Below, one piece after another: positions 39,872 to 49,977 of a stretch of DNA of 58,680 nt. The position numbers and the translations under genes were made by a program. Origin of the DNA: a virus (taxonomy: Duplodnaviria > Caudoviricetes). The DNA lies in the IMG/VR virus record IMGVR_UViG_3300036911_000012, positions 1 to 58,680 of that record; one strand, written 5' to 3'. Every line of letters starts with the position of its first letter. The first letter of the stretch is position 1. Below the pieces are notes generated by a model. That model was not told where the DNA came from, did no database searches, and saw only the letters and a program-made list of their open reading frames with translations.

Positions 39872-40933
39872 TTAGGTGAAGGTGCAACCGAGCGCATACG
39901 CCACGACCCACTTGCCATTGTATGCCATGAGCGTCACTCCCGCACCTGCGAAAGCAGCAAAGGTGGCGACGTTAACAGCCGCCGAGCCGGTCTGCAACAA
40001 GCCGGTAGCCGTCAACGTGTGGGCAAAAGCGGTACTCGACGAAATTGAGATTATAAGACCGTCATCCACACCCGCCGTAGGGGCCGCCAGAGTCATCGCC
40101 GCCGCCGAACCAGCCGTAACCATATACTCGTGTGCGACATGCGGCGGGAGCGCCCCGGAAGCAGCAATCAATGCCGGGGTCGTAGACCACAGCATGTTGA
40201 TCGGGACTTCCCAGTTACCCGCCACAGTGCAGGTATATAGGGCCTCAGTGGCCACGCCCTGCGAGACACCAGTAGCTGTCGCTATGCCGTTGACAGTGTC
40301 AGTGCCGCTGCCGAACACCTGTACGGGGTTCGCGCCACGGTTAATAACGAACACATCAAGCCCGGCAACGGCAGGGGGCAACTTCACTGAGTCACCCTGC
40401 GACGCGACAACCGAGATACGGTTGATTTCTGCTGCTAGCAGCGTAGCGCTGGCTTGGCCGCCGCCAGCGTGCGCCGTGTAGTTTGGGCAAAACAGCGAGG
40501 TCGTCAACTGGCCAGACGCCCCAAAGCCGCCCTCGAAGTTGTACCCACCAACAGCGGGGGCTTTGAATATCTCGGTCGCCCCCGGAGCGATAGACACGCC
40601 GGTAGCGGCGGCAACACCGTTGATGGTATCCGCCCCCGTACCATATACCGTAATCGGGTATACGGTATTGTTGACAACCGTAACATTCTGCCCCGCCACA
40701 GACGCGGGTAGTTTGACGCCATCGCCAACAACGGAGCCTGCGGAAGGCGCAGTAGCCGTGTCAACGCGGTTCACGCCTGCGGTGAGCGCCGTAGCCCCCG
40801 CCTGCGTTCGCGTGGTGCCCGCGACGATGCCGACCATGGACGACTCGCTGAACACTTGAAGCGCAGCAACGAGCTGGTTGAGCGCCGACGTGATGTAATT
40901 TATATCAACGTCAACAAACGGGACAATGGACAT
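39872..40933 (-). CDS. Putative capsid decoration/fibre protein with internal domain duplication
   Basis: Two copies of Q..AT.L.A..NR...GD.VKLP..VAG..V.V.N...V.G.G.DT.NG.A.ATGVS. Confidence 0.65.
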   Translation of the reverse strand: MSIVPFVDVDINYITSALNQLVAALQVFSESSMVGIVAGTTRTQAGATALTAGVNRVDTATAPSAGSVVGDGVKLPASVAGQNVTVVNNTVYPITVYGTGADTINGVAAATGVSIAPGATEIFKAPAVGGYNFEGGFGASGQLTTSLFCPNYTAHAGGGQASATLLAAEINRISVVASQGDSVKLPPAVAGLDVFVINRGANPVQVFGSGTDTVNGIATATGVSQGVATEALYTCTVAGNWEVPINMLWSTTPALIAASGALPPHVAHEYMVTAGSAAAMTLAAPTAGVDDGLIISISSSTAFAHTLTATGLLQTGSAAVNVATFAAFAGAGVTLMAYNGKWVVAYALGCTFT

Positions 40934-41004
40934 GACAGCCTCTTACTTTCAGGAGTAGCCCCACCGGACAGTTCCGGGGGGCCGTTTGCTGACGTTGCGG
41001 TGGC

Positions 41005-41511
41005 TCAATACGGCGTGCAACCGCCAATGAGCACGTCACTGCCCAGCCAAGTGAGCGCGACGCCGGTCGTACGAGTGTAGTTCGTGAACTGCACGGAGGT
41101 GGTCGAGGCCGCTGCGCTCTGGTCTTCGTAGGTGCCCGGAGTCGTGATATCATGCAGATGACACGCCCACCCATGCGCCGCCGCAGGCAGCGTCAGCACG
41201 AGCGTGCTACCCGAACATCCAGTAGCGCCGTTGGTAAACTTGAACGAGTACGGGTTGCCTGCGATAACCGGCGTGGTCGAGCACCCGCCCGACGCATACA
41301 CAGGCGGGGCAACCTGAGACGCGTCCTGCACCTGCGACGCGGCGGGGCCGGCGACGATGGGGTTGTACGGCACCGAGACGACGGGCTGGCCGTCCATAAC
41401 CAAACCCATATACGGGAAGGGGGTGGTAATCTGCGCCGTGGCGAGCCCCGCCCCCACAACGAGAACGGCGGCCATCGCAAAGAGCGCGTTCAACAAACCA
41501 AACTTCTTCAT
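41005..41511 (-). CDS. Exported protein (Sec signal peptide), 4 Cys
   Basis: MKKFGLLNALFAMAAVLVVGAGLATA|Q; GAGG RBS. Confidence 0.75.
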   Translation of the reverse strand: MKKFGLLNALFAMAAVLVVGAGLATAQITTPFPYMGLVMDGQPVVSVPYNPIVAGPAASQVQDASQVAPPVYASGGCSTTPVIAGNPYSFKFTNGATGCSGSTLVLTLPAAAHGWACHLHDITTPGTYEDQSAAASTTSVQFTNYTRTTGVALTWLGSDVLIGGCTPY

Positions 41512-41544
41512 AGCGACCTCGTTATGTCTGTCCCCGCAGGGGGG

Positions 41545-41772
41545 TTACTGGGAATTTTTGGCGGACTGGCCGGCCTCGGCCCTATTCGCGTGCCCCTTGC
41601 CGAACATCTTGGTCTTGCCGCCCGCCGCGAACTTCGCGTCGGAGCCGCCATTGGCCTCCTTGCCAGACTGGCCAGGGACAACCGGATGTGCAGTACCGCG
41701 TTCGAGCATCTTCGACGAGCCGCCCTGAGCGAAGAACTCCGGTCGGTCGCCTTTTTTGATAACTTTACCCAT
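41545..41772 (-). CDS. Small basic Gly-rich protein
   Basis: GGAG RBS; FAQGG and FAAGG repeats. Confidence 0.65.
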   Translation of the reverse strand: MGKVIKKGDRPEFFAQGGSSKMLERGTAHPVVPGQSGKEANGGSDAKFAAGGKTKMFGKGHANRAEAGQSAKNSQ

Positions 41773-41810
41773 CGAAGCTCTCCATCTAACGTCTGAATAT
41801 TTGGACGCGC

Positions 41811-41990
41811 CTACTTTTTACCCTTCGGCTTCTTGACGACGCCACCCTTCTTGAACGCCCCCATAGGACTGCCAGGAGGCCCCCCAGGAGCGCTACCGCC
41901 GCCGATAGGGCCGGGGGCGGGAGGCAACGGCTTTTTGCCAGGACCGCCCATCTTCTTCGCACCAGGGCCGAAGCCCGCACCTTTTGCCAT
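41811..41990 (-). CDS. Small basic Gly/Pro/Lys-rich protein (59 aa; not in the ORF track)
   Basis: My translation MAKGAGFGPGAKKMGG...MGAFKKGGVVKKPKGKK; GGAG RBS. Confidence 0.6.
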   Translation of the reverse strand: MAKGAGFGPGAKKMGGPGKKPLPPAPGPIGGGSAPGGPPGSPMGAFKKGGVVKKPKGKK

Positions 41991-42051
41991 ACTATTGCTC
42001 CATTTGCAAGCTGTTTTTGCCTAGGAGGGTGCTTGCGGTTACTCCTGGGAG

Positions 42052-42174
42052 TTAGTTATGGCACGGAGCATCGAAATGCTTCAACTGCCTTCGTTGTAGC
42101 CGACTCGCCGAGCCCAAACAAAGCGACACCCAAGCGAGCGCCGCAGCGCTGCGCCAAAACATGCGATGGATCAT
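42052..42174 (-). pseudogene. Possible remnant of a signal-peptide gene (40 aa)
   Basis: GAGG RBS; MIHRMFWRSAAALAWVSLCLGSAS then an early stop that lies in the motif at 42039. Confidence 0.3.
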
Positions 42175-42183
42175 TAGAATACC

Positions 42184-44508
42184 TCAGTTTCCAAAACACT
42201 GCCAATTGACGACTGCCGTATCCGTTCCGAGCGACGACGCCGGGGTGACGGTGGTCGTCGTGGACGGCACTTTCAGAGCGCCGGTCAACGTTCCGGCCCC
42301 CGTCCATGAGGCGACGCATATTGGCGCAGCCGAATATGTCCCACTCAAACTCTGCGCCGCGCACGTCCCGCTCGACATTGTACACGCGCCTTTGTCAGCG
42401 ATATTGACGCGAGCGCTGAACACTGATGGCTCTGCGGTGGTGCAGGCCGTCGTGGTGCAGTTGACTTCGTTGACGCCATTAACGGTAAGATTGACCGACG
42501 CCTTACCTTGAATGGACACAAGCCCGCCTGATCCAGTTGCCTGGACCGCCAACTGTCCACTTGCGGCGTTGTTGTTGAGATAGCTATACGTGCCACTATA
42601 CGCTAAAGTGTTCGTCCCATTCCATGTAAGTGTTCCTCCACTATTGTACCACTCGAAGAATTGCGACGGGGAGACTCCCGGCGGGCACCCCCAGCATATT
42701 TGCCCTACGTTGTTGTATTGTGTCTGAGCTGTTCCGCCAGCGACGAAAACCTTTCCGGTAGACGACTTGATACCCCCCGGCCAGTCAACCGACGTCCCGA
42801 TGTCGAGCGACGACAACGCGCCTGCCACGCCGGATGATGGATAGGCTGAAGGTTGAACCGTTGACGTCCCGGTCAAAATCGACACGCCTGCCGCAGTATT
42901 CTTGGCGCGAATTTGGCTGGCGCACCAATACGAATTGTGAGCAGAGAAAAATTCGGACTTGGTTGTTCCGTCAGCCGTAAGGCAACTCCAGGCCCCCGCG
43001 TCGGCGACGCCATTCGAAAAAAAGTCCCCATTGCTCTTGTCAAGATAGATGTCGTCGGACCATTGGAGAAAGTTGTAATCGGATACAATATTCCCGCCAC
43101 ATGCTGTTGTAACCTGATTGTTGCAATCGATAGAAATTCCCACACCGCCATAAGTGAAGTACGTGGCAACGATAGCCGCACTCAAAGTCGGAGCAACGGC
43201 AAAGGTAATCCCGAGCCCGTTGGTATTGATGGTATAATTGGTTCCAAGCGACTGAGTTACGCCGCCAACTGTGACAGACGACATTTCTCGTGTCAGATTG
43301 AGAAAATATTTCAGCGCAAAGACAGTTTGTGATCCCGTGCCGGTGAAACTGTCAACTTGATTCCAGCCTCCTGTGATCTGCGGAACAGCAATCGTCTCAG
43401 TTTGGACGTTGCGGCCGAGCGATATCCCGAACATGCTGCCCCCCGTTGCGCCAGGACGCGTCAGAGTACCGTAGTTTACGCCTTTGTACGTGTCGGACCC
43501 GGCGCTCGGGTCATCGAAGTTGAAACAACCCCATGCGCCATTGCACCTCACGTCGTCGATTGCCGAACGGTTCGCGTTGGTCACATACACCGTACCGAAA
43601 GTTGCCCAGAAGGGAGCACTCGAGACGACAGGAACGTCCGGCCCATCGGAAATCGCGACCGTATTCCCCGCGACCCCCGTAACGAACCCGCTCTTGTAGG
43701 CCCCGTTGCTTTCTTGGAGTTGATAACGCTGGCCGACGATAATGCCGGGACCGTTGGCGGCGCTCGCGACGGTGACGCTTGTCGGCCCGGTCATGTCAAA
43801 CGCGAGCGTAACACCGGCCAACGATCCACAACTAGTCGCTACGACGGGCTCTACCTGATAGTTGGTCGGGTTTGCCGAGTATGCTCCCGCCGTCCCAATC
43901 GTTACTGATGCGCCAGCGGTCAGTGATGCGCCTGAGTTGACAATTGTGCCGACGAAAACAGTTCCGGTTCCCGTCGTCCCCGTTAGAGTGCACGTGCCGG
44001 CAGAGCCGCCAGAGCCGCCGCTGACGACAGTTGCCTTTGAAACCGAGGTCGCCAGGGCCCCCGACACGGTTGTTTGTGAAACCGTCGCCCCGGCGTCATT
44101 GATGTAGAAGCCGCGTAAATGCGGCTGGAATCCTTCGACCTTAATACCGTACTGCGATCCCGCAGCAATTGTAAGCGACGCGCCGTTGGTTTCGAACGTC
44201 TGACCCGAACCGGAATTGAAATCGACGTTTCCGACGACGCAATTTACGCCAGAAGGTACGACGATATTGTTGCCAGAGTTGAGTGCGCTTTGAAAAGGTG
44301 TCGAATCATTAGTCGCCCCGTCGCATTTTGCGCCGAAATCCATCACTGTCAGTTGCCACCCCATGCGGGTGGCTATGCCGATGGCGGTATTGCCGCCGAT
44401 CGCAATAAATGGAGCTAAGATACCGGGGTAATAACCGTCCGCGAGCACAAACTGCGCCCCAAGAGCAAGCGCAATAATCGACGCGATGACAGCGAGAGTT
44501 CTTTTCAT
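42184..44508 (-). CDS. Tailspike-like beta-helix protein with Sec signal peptide
   Basis: MKRTLAVIASIIALALGAQFVLA|DG; TVMDFGAKCDGATNDSTPFQSALN pectate-lyase-3-type start; GGAGA RBS and TGATG overlap at 44508. Confidence 0.8.
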   Translation of the reverse strand: MKRTLAVIASIIALALGAQFVLADGYYPGILAPFIAIGGNTAIGIATRMGWQLTVMDFGAKCDGATNDSTPFQSALNSGNNIVVPSGVNCVVGNVDFNSGSGQTFETNGASLTIAAGSQYGIKVEGFQPHLRGFYINDAGATVSQTTVSGALATSVSKATVVSGGSGGSAGTCTLTGTTGTGTVFVGTIVNSGASLTAGASVTIGTAGAYSANPTNYQVEPVVATSCGSLAGVTLAFDMTGPTSVTVASAANGPGIIVGQRYQLQESNGAYKSGFVTGVAGNTVAISDGPDVPVVSSAPFWATFGTVYVTNANRSAIDDVRCNGAWGCFNFDDPSAGSDTYKGVNYGTLTRPGATGGSMFGISLGRNVQTETIAVPQITGGWNQVDSFTGTGSQTVFALKYFLNLTREMSSVTVGGVTQSLGTNYTINTNGLGITFAVAPTLSAAIVATYFTYGGVGISIDCNNQVTTACGGNIVSDYNFLQWSDDIYLDKSNGDFFSNGVADAGAWSCLTADGTTKSEFFSAHNSYWCASQIRAKNTAAGVSILTGTSTVQPSAYPSSGVAGALSSLDIGTSVDWPGGIKSSTGKVFVAGGTAQTQYNNVGQICWGCPPGVSPSQFFEWYNSGGTLTWNGTNTLAYSGTYSYLNNNAASGQLAVQATGSGGLVSIQGKASVNLTVNGVNEVNCTTTACTTAEPSVFSARVNIADKGACTMSSGTCAAQSLSGTYSAAPICVASWTGAGTLTGALKVPSTTTTVTPASSLGTDTAVVNWQCFGN

Positions 44509-44891
44509 CACCATGTCTCCCACCCGGTCATAAGGCCCGATCCGACGCAGTAGACCGCGCTCGTCGTAGCCATGGACGCGCTTGCGCCGACTTGGATCAC
44601 AACGCCGGTTGAAGATGTCACGCCTGACGTAGACCCGCATTCAGCCGAAGCCGAACCCTCATTGACGAGCACGGCGGCTATGCGGCCAGTCCCAGGTGCG
44701 CCGGCCCTGGCAGCAACGACAAGCGAAGCCGAACCGCTCAATGTTGCCTGGAAGGGAGTGAAGTTCGCGCCGCCGGTGGGGTTGTTTTGCACCCCCCCTC
44801 CACCACTCGATGAGATTCCGTCGGCAAGGGCACCGCTCGCTCCAAGAACGACTGCGGCGACGGTGGAGAGAAGCTTACTGCGAATCGACAT
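44508..44891 (-). CDS. Small exported beta-rich protein, 2 Cys
   Basis: MSIRSKLLSTVAAVVLGASGALA|DG. Confidence 0.7.
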   Translation of the reverse strand: MSIRSKLLSTVAAVVLGASGALADGISSSGGGGVQNNPTGGANFTPFQATLSGSASLVVAARAGAPGTGRIAAVLVNEGSASAECGSTSGVTSSTGVVIQVGASASMATTSAVYCVGSGLMTGWETW

Positions 44892-45249
44892 AGAGCGTGT
44901 CCGAAGTTATGGCGCACGTCGCCTGGATTGCATCGGAGGGGATGAACGGGGAGTACCTCGTGTAGGAGCCGCCCGGCTGTAGGAGAATCGCAGTGCCCTT
45001 CGTTGCGACCCCAGACCCAACATACACCCAGCAATTATCGCTTGTGTTGTTGTTCTCGATGGTTATAGATCGTCGAGGAGCCGCTGGATACGCTGCGACA
45101 GCCGCCAGTACAGTTTGAAACGTATTCCCTGCGGCTATACTCACAGACGCATTTGTCGTAGGTGCGGGAGCCACAGCCACTTCAGCCGTTGCGACAGCGG
45201 GCGCACTCAATAGTGCTACCGCCACCAGTGCCTGCCTAATGTACCACAT
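44875..45249 (-). CDS. Small exported beta-rich protein, 2 Cys
   Basis: MWYIRQALVAVALLSAPAVATA|EV; RRSITIEN...VG...G..ILLQPG pattern seen in small phage beta-sandwich proteins. Confidence 0.7.
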   Translation of the reverse strand: MWYIRQALVAVALLSAPAVATAEVAVAPAPTTNASVSIAAGNTFQTVLAAVAAYPAAPRRSITIENNNTSDNCWVYVGSGVATKGTAILLQPGGSYTRYSPFIPSDAIQATCAITSDTLYVDSQ

Positions 45250-45289
45250 GCGAACCTCTTACTTCCAGGAGTAGGCTGGTAGTGCGTAG

Positions 45290-47389
45290 CTAGTGGGGGC
45301 CGCCCTGTATTGTAGGTTGGACGACGTTCGTAACGGGGCCTTGGTTGCCATTGACCGGCGACCCCTGCTGATTGCCCTGCGCTTGTTGGGGGGCTTGTCC
45401 CGTGGCATGCCCTGGGACGCCCTGTGCCTGCGCAGCGCGAGCCGCCAACTGCTGTTGCTCGTTGAGCTGCTCGTCTGTCGGGACGATATCGTCGCCGGGC
45501 AACCCCAAACCATCCGCAACAGGGCGGAGCACCTTCGCACGCCCCTTGGGGCCGATGATCTGCATGTCGATGGGGTTTGCGGTCGCTTGCAGAAACTCCA
45601 ATTGGCGGGCTCGCTGCGTTTCTTTCTGCACGGCCACGTTGACGCCAAGCACCTTCACTTCTTCATCGCCTGTCAGGAGCCCCGTTGTGTCGGTAAGCAT
45701 GACAAGGTCATACAGCCCACCGAGCACGCCCTCCATAACGTCACGGTCCACATTGGCCGCCACTGTCTGCAATATCTTGGAGCTGTTGCTCATAAGCATC
45801 GAAAGCCCCGATGCGGTGCGCCCAATAGAGCCCGTCTGCGCCCCCGTCATATATCGGGGGATCGCGCTCATTTCATCGGCAAGCTCGGTCCACGCCGAGT
45901 ACACCGCCATCATTTCTTGCGAATTGTTGGTGGGCATAAAAAACGAAATGGCCGGTTCGGTGTTGTTTCCGAAGGGGTCCGACTTCACATGCCAGCGCTT
46001 CCACGGGTATAGGTCCTCTCCATCCTCGCCGGGTGCAAGCCTGTCGTCATTGACAGTAACTTGAGGACCGGAGGCGATGCTCAAGTTGTTGACCATGGCC
46101 CGCAGCGTGGCATTGCACACGTTCTGGATATCGGAGAGGATGTCGGGGAGACCGTTGCCCACAGGGGTGCCCGGAACCTTTTCAAAGCTCGTTATGTAGT
46201 ATTGGTGACGCTTACGAGGAGACGCCGCCATCTGAACCTTAATGACGTGCGAGCCAATCAACCACGCCTGCACAAAGTAATCACGCAACGGGTCCGATAT
46301 CTGCGCCGGGTCCATGCCCTGCTCTAGGAGAAACCTACCCTGCGCGGTTCCCTGAAACTCAAGGCAATCGATCATCCCCGACTGATTGAACCTCGGATTC
46401 TCGCGGTTCTCCAGGACAGACCGCTCGTTATCCGTTTGGTCCCAGGTATCCGAGATACCCCCGCGTCCATATTCTTCGAGGACAGCACGGACCTCCTCAA
46501 CATCGTACCCTGGAATATCCAGCAAGTCGTTGATCTCGGCGCGGGTGAACCTGGACCGCTCGATGACGCATGCGTCCGCGATATCCGATACACCAGGAGT
46601 CCAATATAAGTCGAAGGGCGATACCCGCGCCCATGTAAGTTTGGGTCTGGTGCGCGTGATCGCCTTACCCTTCACCCACTCCACATCCGTGCGGAGCCTA
46701 ACACTCGGCCCCTTAATGCACGCATATGGGAAAAGGGGAAGGTCCGTAAGAAACTCTGCGAGCGCGTGGTAAAACCCACCTTCATCAAGAATCTCTTCGA
46801 GCTTGTCTTCGGCGATCTTGGCGCGCTTGGACGCGTTGGCCTTTGCCGCTTGGCGCGCAGCTTCCAACAAGTCTGTTTGTCGATCACGAATTGCGTTGGG
46901 GTCGGGGAGCTTGCCCCCCTTCTGCATGAGCGCCGCAATCTCGCCGTGTATAAGCTGCGAAATGCTCTGACTTACTTCCGGGGGTATGTCGGGATTCGCA
47001 TCGGGAACAAGCCCCCACGCACGATCCGCCCCAAGGTAGACATCGCGCAAAAGCGAAGTTGTGCCCCTACACTTCATCGCGATAATGCGGGCGTAGACGG
47101 TAGACCCACCGAATTTTTTTATTTCTGCCAACTGATACGGGTCGTATTGTCCGTTGAAGGCGCGAAGCGCCACCAGTAGTCTTTCAGACCATCCACGAGC
47201 CGCATCGTCTCGATGCCGCCGCATCATAGTGTACTGGTCGTAGATAAATCCAGCGAGCGACGAACTCTGCGCAGCCGGGGGCGGCTGCATCTGGGCAGCC
47301 TTGCCCTGCGCGGCTTGGTCAAACTGGGCAGCGGTGTCCGTACTGTTTACCGCACGGAGCGCCCCTATAGCGCCGCCATTAGTTGCCAT
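45290..47389 (-). CDS. Portal protein
   Basis: 699 aa in the head module; RVSPFD.YW.P, G.GLPDIL.D.Q...NA..RA.VNN..IASGPQ, RTASGLSMLM. Confidence 0.85.
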   Translation of the reverse strand: MATNGGAIGALRAVNSTDTAAQFDQAAQGKAAQMQPPPAAQSSSLAGFIYDQYTMMRRHRDDAARGWSERLLVALRAFNGQYDPYQLAEIKKFGGSTVYARIIAMKCRGTTSLLRDVYLGADRAWGLVPDANPDIPPEVSQSISQLIHGEIAALMQKGGKLPDPNAIRDRQTDLLEAARQAAKANASKRAKIAEDKLEEILDEGGFYHALAEFLTDLPLFPYACIKGPSVRLRTDVEWVKGKAITRTRPKLTWARVSPFDLYWTPGVSDIADACVIERSRFTRAEINDLLDIPGYDVEEVRAVLEEYGRGGISDTWDQTDNERSVLENRENPRFNQSGMIDCLEFQGTAQGRFLLEQGMDPAQISDPLRDYFVQAWLIGSHVIKVQMAASPRKRHQYYITSFEKVPGTPVGNGLPDILSDIQNVCNATLRAMVNNLSIASGPQVTVNDDRLAPGEDGEDLYPWKRWHVKSDPFGNNTEPAISFFMPTNNSQEMMAVYSAWTELADEMSAIPRYMTGAQTGSIGRTASGLSMLMSNSSKILQTVAANVDRDVMEGVLGGLYDLVMLTDTTGLLTGDEEVKVLGVNVAVQKETQRARQLEFLQATANPIDMQIIGPKGRAKVLRPVADGLGLPGDDIVPTDEQLNEQQQLAARAAQAQGVPGHATGQAPQQAQGNQQGSPVNGNQGPVTNVVQPTIQGGPH

Positions 47390-47443
47390 AACGCCCCGAG
47401 TGTGCTATCTGAGGTAGTCCCCCAGCCATTAGGACCATACACT

Positions 47444-47953
47444 ATGGCGATACCCATGTCAAACCCCAAAATACGGGTTGATAACCCCAGCATAGGCGAC
47501 GACGAAGAACGCGCTATGCGCATGCTTGCAACCGAGCTGGCGCGGGACATACGAGACCCCCTAGATATCATCGCTGGCTTCGGGCTCACCGAACGAGACT
47601 ACGACGCGCTATCCAAGACGCGACGATTTCAAGCTATGCTCGCAGGAGCTAGTAAAGACTGGGCGGCTGCTGAGAATACGCCCGAACGCATCAAGCTGCA
47701 AAGTATGGTGCTAATTGAAGAGGCCCTTCCAAAATTATTTCAGGAACTCACAAACAAAGAAAATACACTGACAAGCCGCGCCGATTTATTTGGCAGGATC
47801 GCCAAAATTGGCGGCCTGGGGAACGCTCCCCCCGCCAAAGACCACAGCGGCGAACAATTCTCCATTGTCATCAACTTAGGGTCCGACAAAGCCCCCGTCA
47901 TCATCCAACAAGACTTACCCCCCAGAGTAACCGACGACTACGAGGATTTATAA
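47444..47953 (+). CDS. Terminase small subunit (putative)
   Basis: Directly upstream of TerL with a TAATG overlap; C-terminal FSIVINLG; start at 47444 or 47456. Confidence 0.65.
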   Translation: MAIPMSNPKIRVDNPSIGDDEERAMRMLATELARDIRDPLDIIAGFGLTERDYDALSKTRRFQAMLAGASKDWAAAENTPERIKLQSMVLIEEALPKLFQELTNKENTLTSRADLFGRIAKIGGLGNAPPAKDHSGEQFSIVINLGSDKAPVIIQQDLPPRVTDDYEDL

Positions 47954-49404
47954 TGGGCGCGCTCGTATATAATGCCCCGCCAACATGCGCCGCACTAATG
48001 AAATCGGAATCGTTTGGCAGGCTCATAGCGGGGCCTGTAGGCTCTGGCAAGACCACGGCGATGATTATGGAGCTGCTACGTAGAGCATGCGAGCAAGCCC
48101 CCGGCGACGACGGTTTACGCCACACGCGGTTCGCCATCGTGCGACAGACCCTATCTCAGCTCAAACTCACCATCCTCAAAGATATACACCTCTGGTTGGC
48201 GGGAGTGCATGAATGGCGCGTGTCCGAGAGCACAATCTTCGTTCGTTTCGGTAGTGTGCGCTCGGAATGGCTGCTCATCCCTCTGGAGGAAATGGAAGAC
48301 CAGCGCAGACTTCTATCGTCGCAGTTGACCGGCGCATGGATTTCTGAGGCCATCGAAATCGACCTCGACCTTGTGTCCCCCCTAGCGGGACGTTGCGGGC
48401 GCTTCCCCTCTGGAAGATACGGGGTTCCGACGTGGCGGGGCATCATCGCCGACACCAATTTTCCAACTATAGGTAGCGCGTGGCAGGTATTTATGGAAAA
48501 CCCGCCGCCCATGTTTCAGATATTCAAACAGCCTGGGGGGCGCACGGCTGGCGCTGAGAACTTGGAATGGCTCAACCAGACAGCCGACACCATTAACCTA
48601 GACCCAACTGACCCAATCCGTATCCAACGTGGGCGAGACTTCTACGCGCTCAACGCCCAAAACACCAATATCGACTGGGTGCATAGGTATGTGGACGCCC
48701 AATACGGCGCAGACCCCAGCGGCACAGCCGTATTCAAAGCTAGCTTCCGCCGAGCGTTCCATGTCGTACGTGACCTGGAGCCGACAGCCAATCGGATGAT
48801 TTTAATTGGACAGGACTTTGGTCGGCAGCCGTGGAGTTTGATAACGCAGCTCGACCATAAGGGGCGGCTCCTAGTGTTAGAGGAAGTCGATGGGACCGAC
48901 ACGGGGCTTGAACAGCACATCAAGACCTCCCTGCGCCCGGCGATCATGCAAGAACAGTACATGGGGCACCCTGTCGCCGTGGTCGGAGACCCTGCGGGGC
49001 GCAACAGATCAAGCCTGTTTGAGATGAACGAATACGACTTGTTTCGGACGATGGGGTTTACCGCGTTCCCCGCCCCCACGAACGACCTAGACCCCCGGTT
49101 GCGCGCCGTCGAGAGCTTCCTGCTCATGCAGCGAGAGGGGGGTCCGGCTATCTTGATAGACGAGGACAAGTGCCCGAGACTGATTGAGGGGCTGGGCGGG
49201 CAATACCGCTTTGCAAACACCCGAGGCGGCGTGTCAAAGCCGACTCCCGACAAAAATAAATGGTCTCATGTATGCGACACGCTGCAATATGTGTGCTTGG
49301 TAGCGAGCAACGCCGGCGCATATGGGATGATCTATGGGCGAGTTATGGGGCCAATAGGTCCAAGGAACACTGGCCCCAAATTCTCAAGCCGCGCGTGGAC
49401 GTAG
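47953..49404 (+). CDS. terL: Terminase large subunit
   Basis: Walker A GPVGSGKTT, Walker B AWISE, DTN coupling motif, nuclease GQDFG, GDPAG, SHVCDTLQY. Confidence 0.9.
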   Translation: MGALVYNAPPTCAALMKSESFGRLIAGPVGSGKTTAMIMELLRRACEQAPGDDGLRHTRFAIVRQTLSQLKLTILKDIHLWLAGVHEWRVSESTIFVRFGSVRSEWLLIPLEEMEDQRRLLSSQLTGAWISEAIEIDLDLVSPLAGRCGRFPSGRYGVPTWRGIIADTNFPTIGSAWQVFMENPPPMFQIFKQPGGRTAGAENLEWLNQTADTINLDPTDPIRIQRGRDFYALNAQNTNIDWVHRYVDAQYGADPSGTAVFKASFRRAFHVVRDLEPTANRMILIGQDFGRQPWSLITQLDHKGRLLVLEEVDGTDTGLEQHIKTSLRPAIMQEQYMGHPVAVVGDPAGRNRSSLFEMNEYDLFRTMGFTAFPAPTNDLDPRLRAVESFLLMQREGGPAILIDEDKCPRLIEGLGGQYRFANTRGGVSKPTPDKNKWSHVCDTLQYVCLVASNAGAYGMIYGRVMGPIGPRNTGPKFSSRAWT

Positions 49405-49424
49405 CCTACTCTTGGGAGTAGTCA

Positions 49425-49688
49425 TCACGACTTCCACTGCCAATGCTGCGTTATATACGTTCCGACCGTGGCGGCTACCGCGACTGCGCCAGCATACCAG
49501 TGTTGTCGTTGTTCAACGTTGCGTATTCGGTCCTCAAGTTTATTACTTCGTACGTCGAACCGCATGTCCAGAGCATTATGCCGATCATCCTGGATTTTTC
49601 CTTGGTCCAACAGCATTTCGACTTTACCCTCGATCCGCCCGAGCGCCATGTGTATATCGTCAACTGAGGGCACGAGTCCAACTCCCAA
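49425..49688 (-). CDS. Membrane-anchored coiled-coil protein (holin/antiholin-like)
   Basis: LGRIEGKV coiled coil plus a C-terminal hydrophobic segment; in the lysis cluster. Confidence 0.55.
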   Translation of the reverse strand: MGVGLVPSVDDIHMALGRIEGKVEMLLDQGKIQDDRHNALDMRFDVRSNKLEDRIRNVEQRQHWYAGAVAVAATVGTYITQHWQWKS

Positions 49689-49747
49689 GCATCACTTATA
49701 TAATGAAAGCGCCGCACGTATGCGACGCTCATGCGGGGCGCTCGTCC

Positions 49748-49966
49748 TCACTTGGGAACGAGGTCGCACCCCATGCCGATCCACCAGAAATGGGCGGCTA
49801 GAAAGCCGACGACTACTCCCACAACCCAGGGCAGCGGCGGCCACGCCTTGGAAAATTCCCACACCGTACGTGAGAGCGTCGCTCTACCCGTGTGAAGCGC
49901 CCACCACTCGAAGCCGCCGAAACTGACGGCGATCACGAGAATCCATACTACCCAGACCACCTGCAT
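49748..49966 (-). CDS. Small two-TM membrane protein
   Basis: Two hydrophobic segments; GGAG RBS. Confidence 0.6.
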   Translation of the reverse strand: MQVVWVVWILVIAVSFGGFEWWALHTGRATLSRTVWEFSKAWPPLPWVVGVVVGFLAAHFWWIGMGCDLVPK

Positions 49967-49977
49967 AGGCTACTCCG

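Noticed and set aside
44509-44640. Upstream extensions given in the ORF track (e.g. starts at 44640, 54223, 51777, 50634, 3984, 9841)
   Set aside because: They overlap neighbouring genes; downstream starts have an RBS or stop-start coupling and expose the signal peptides
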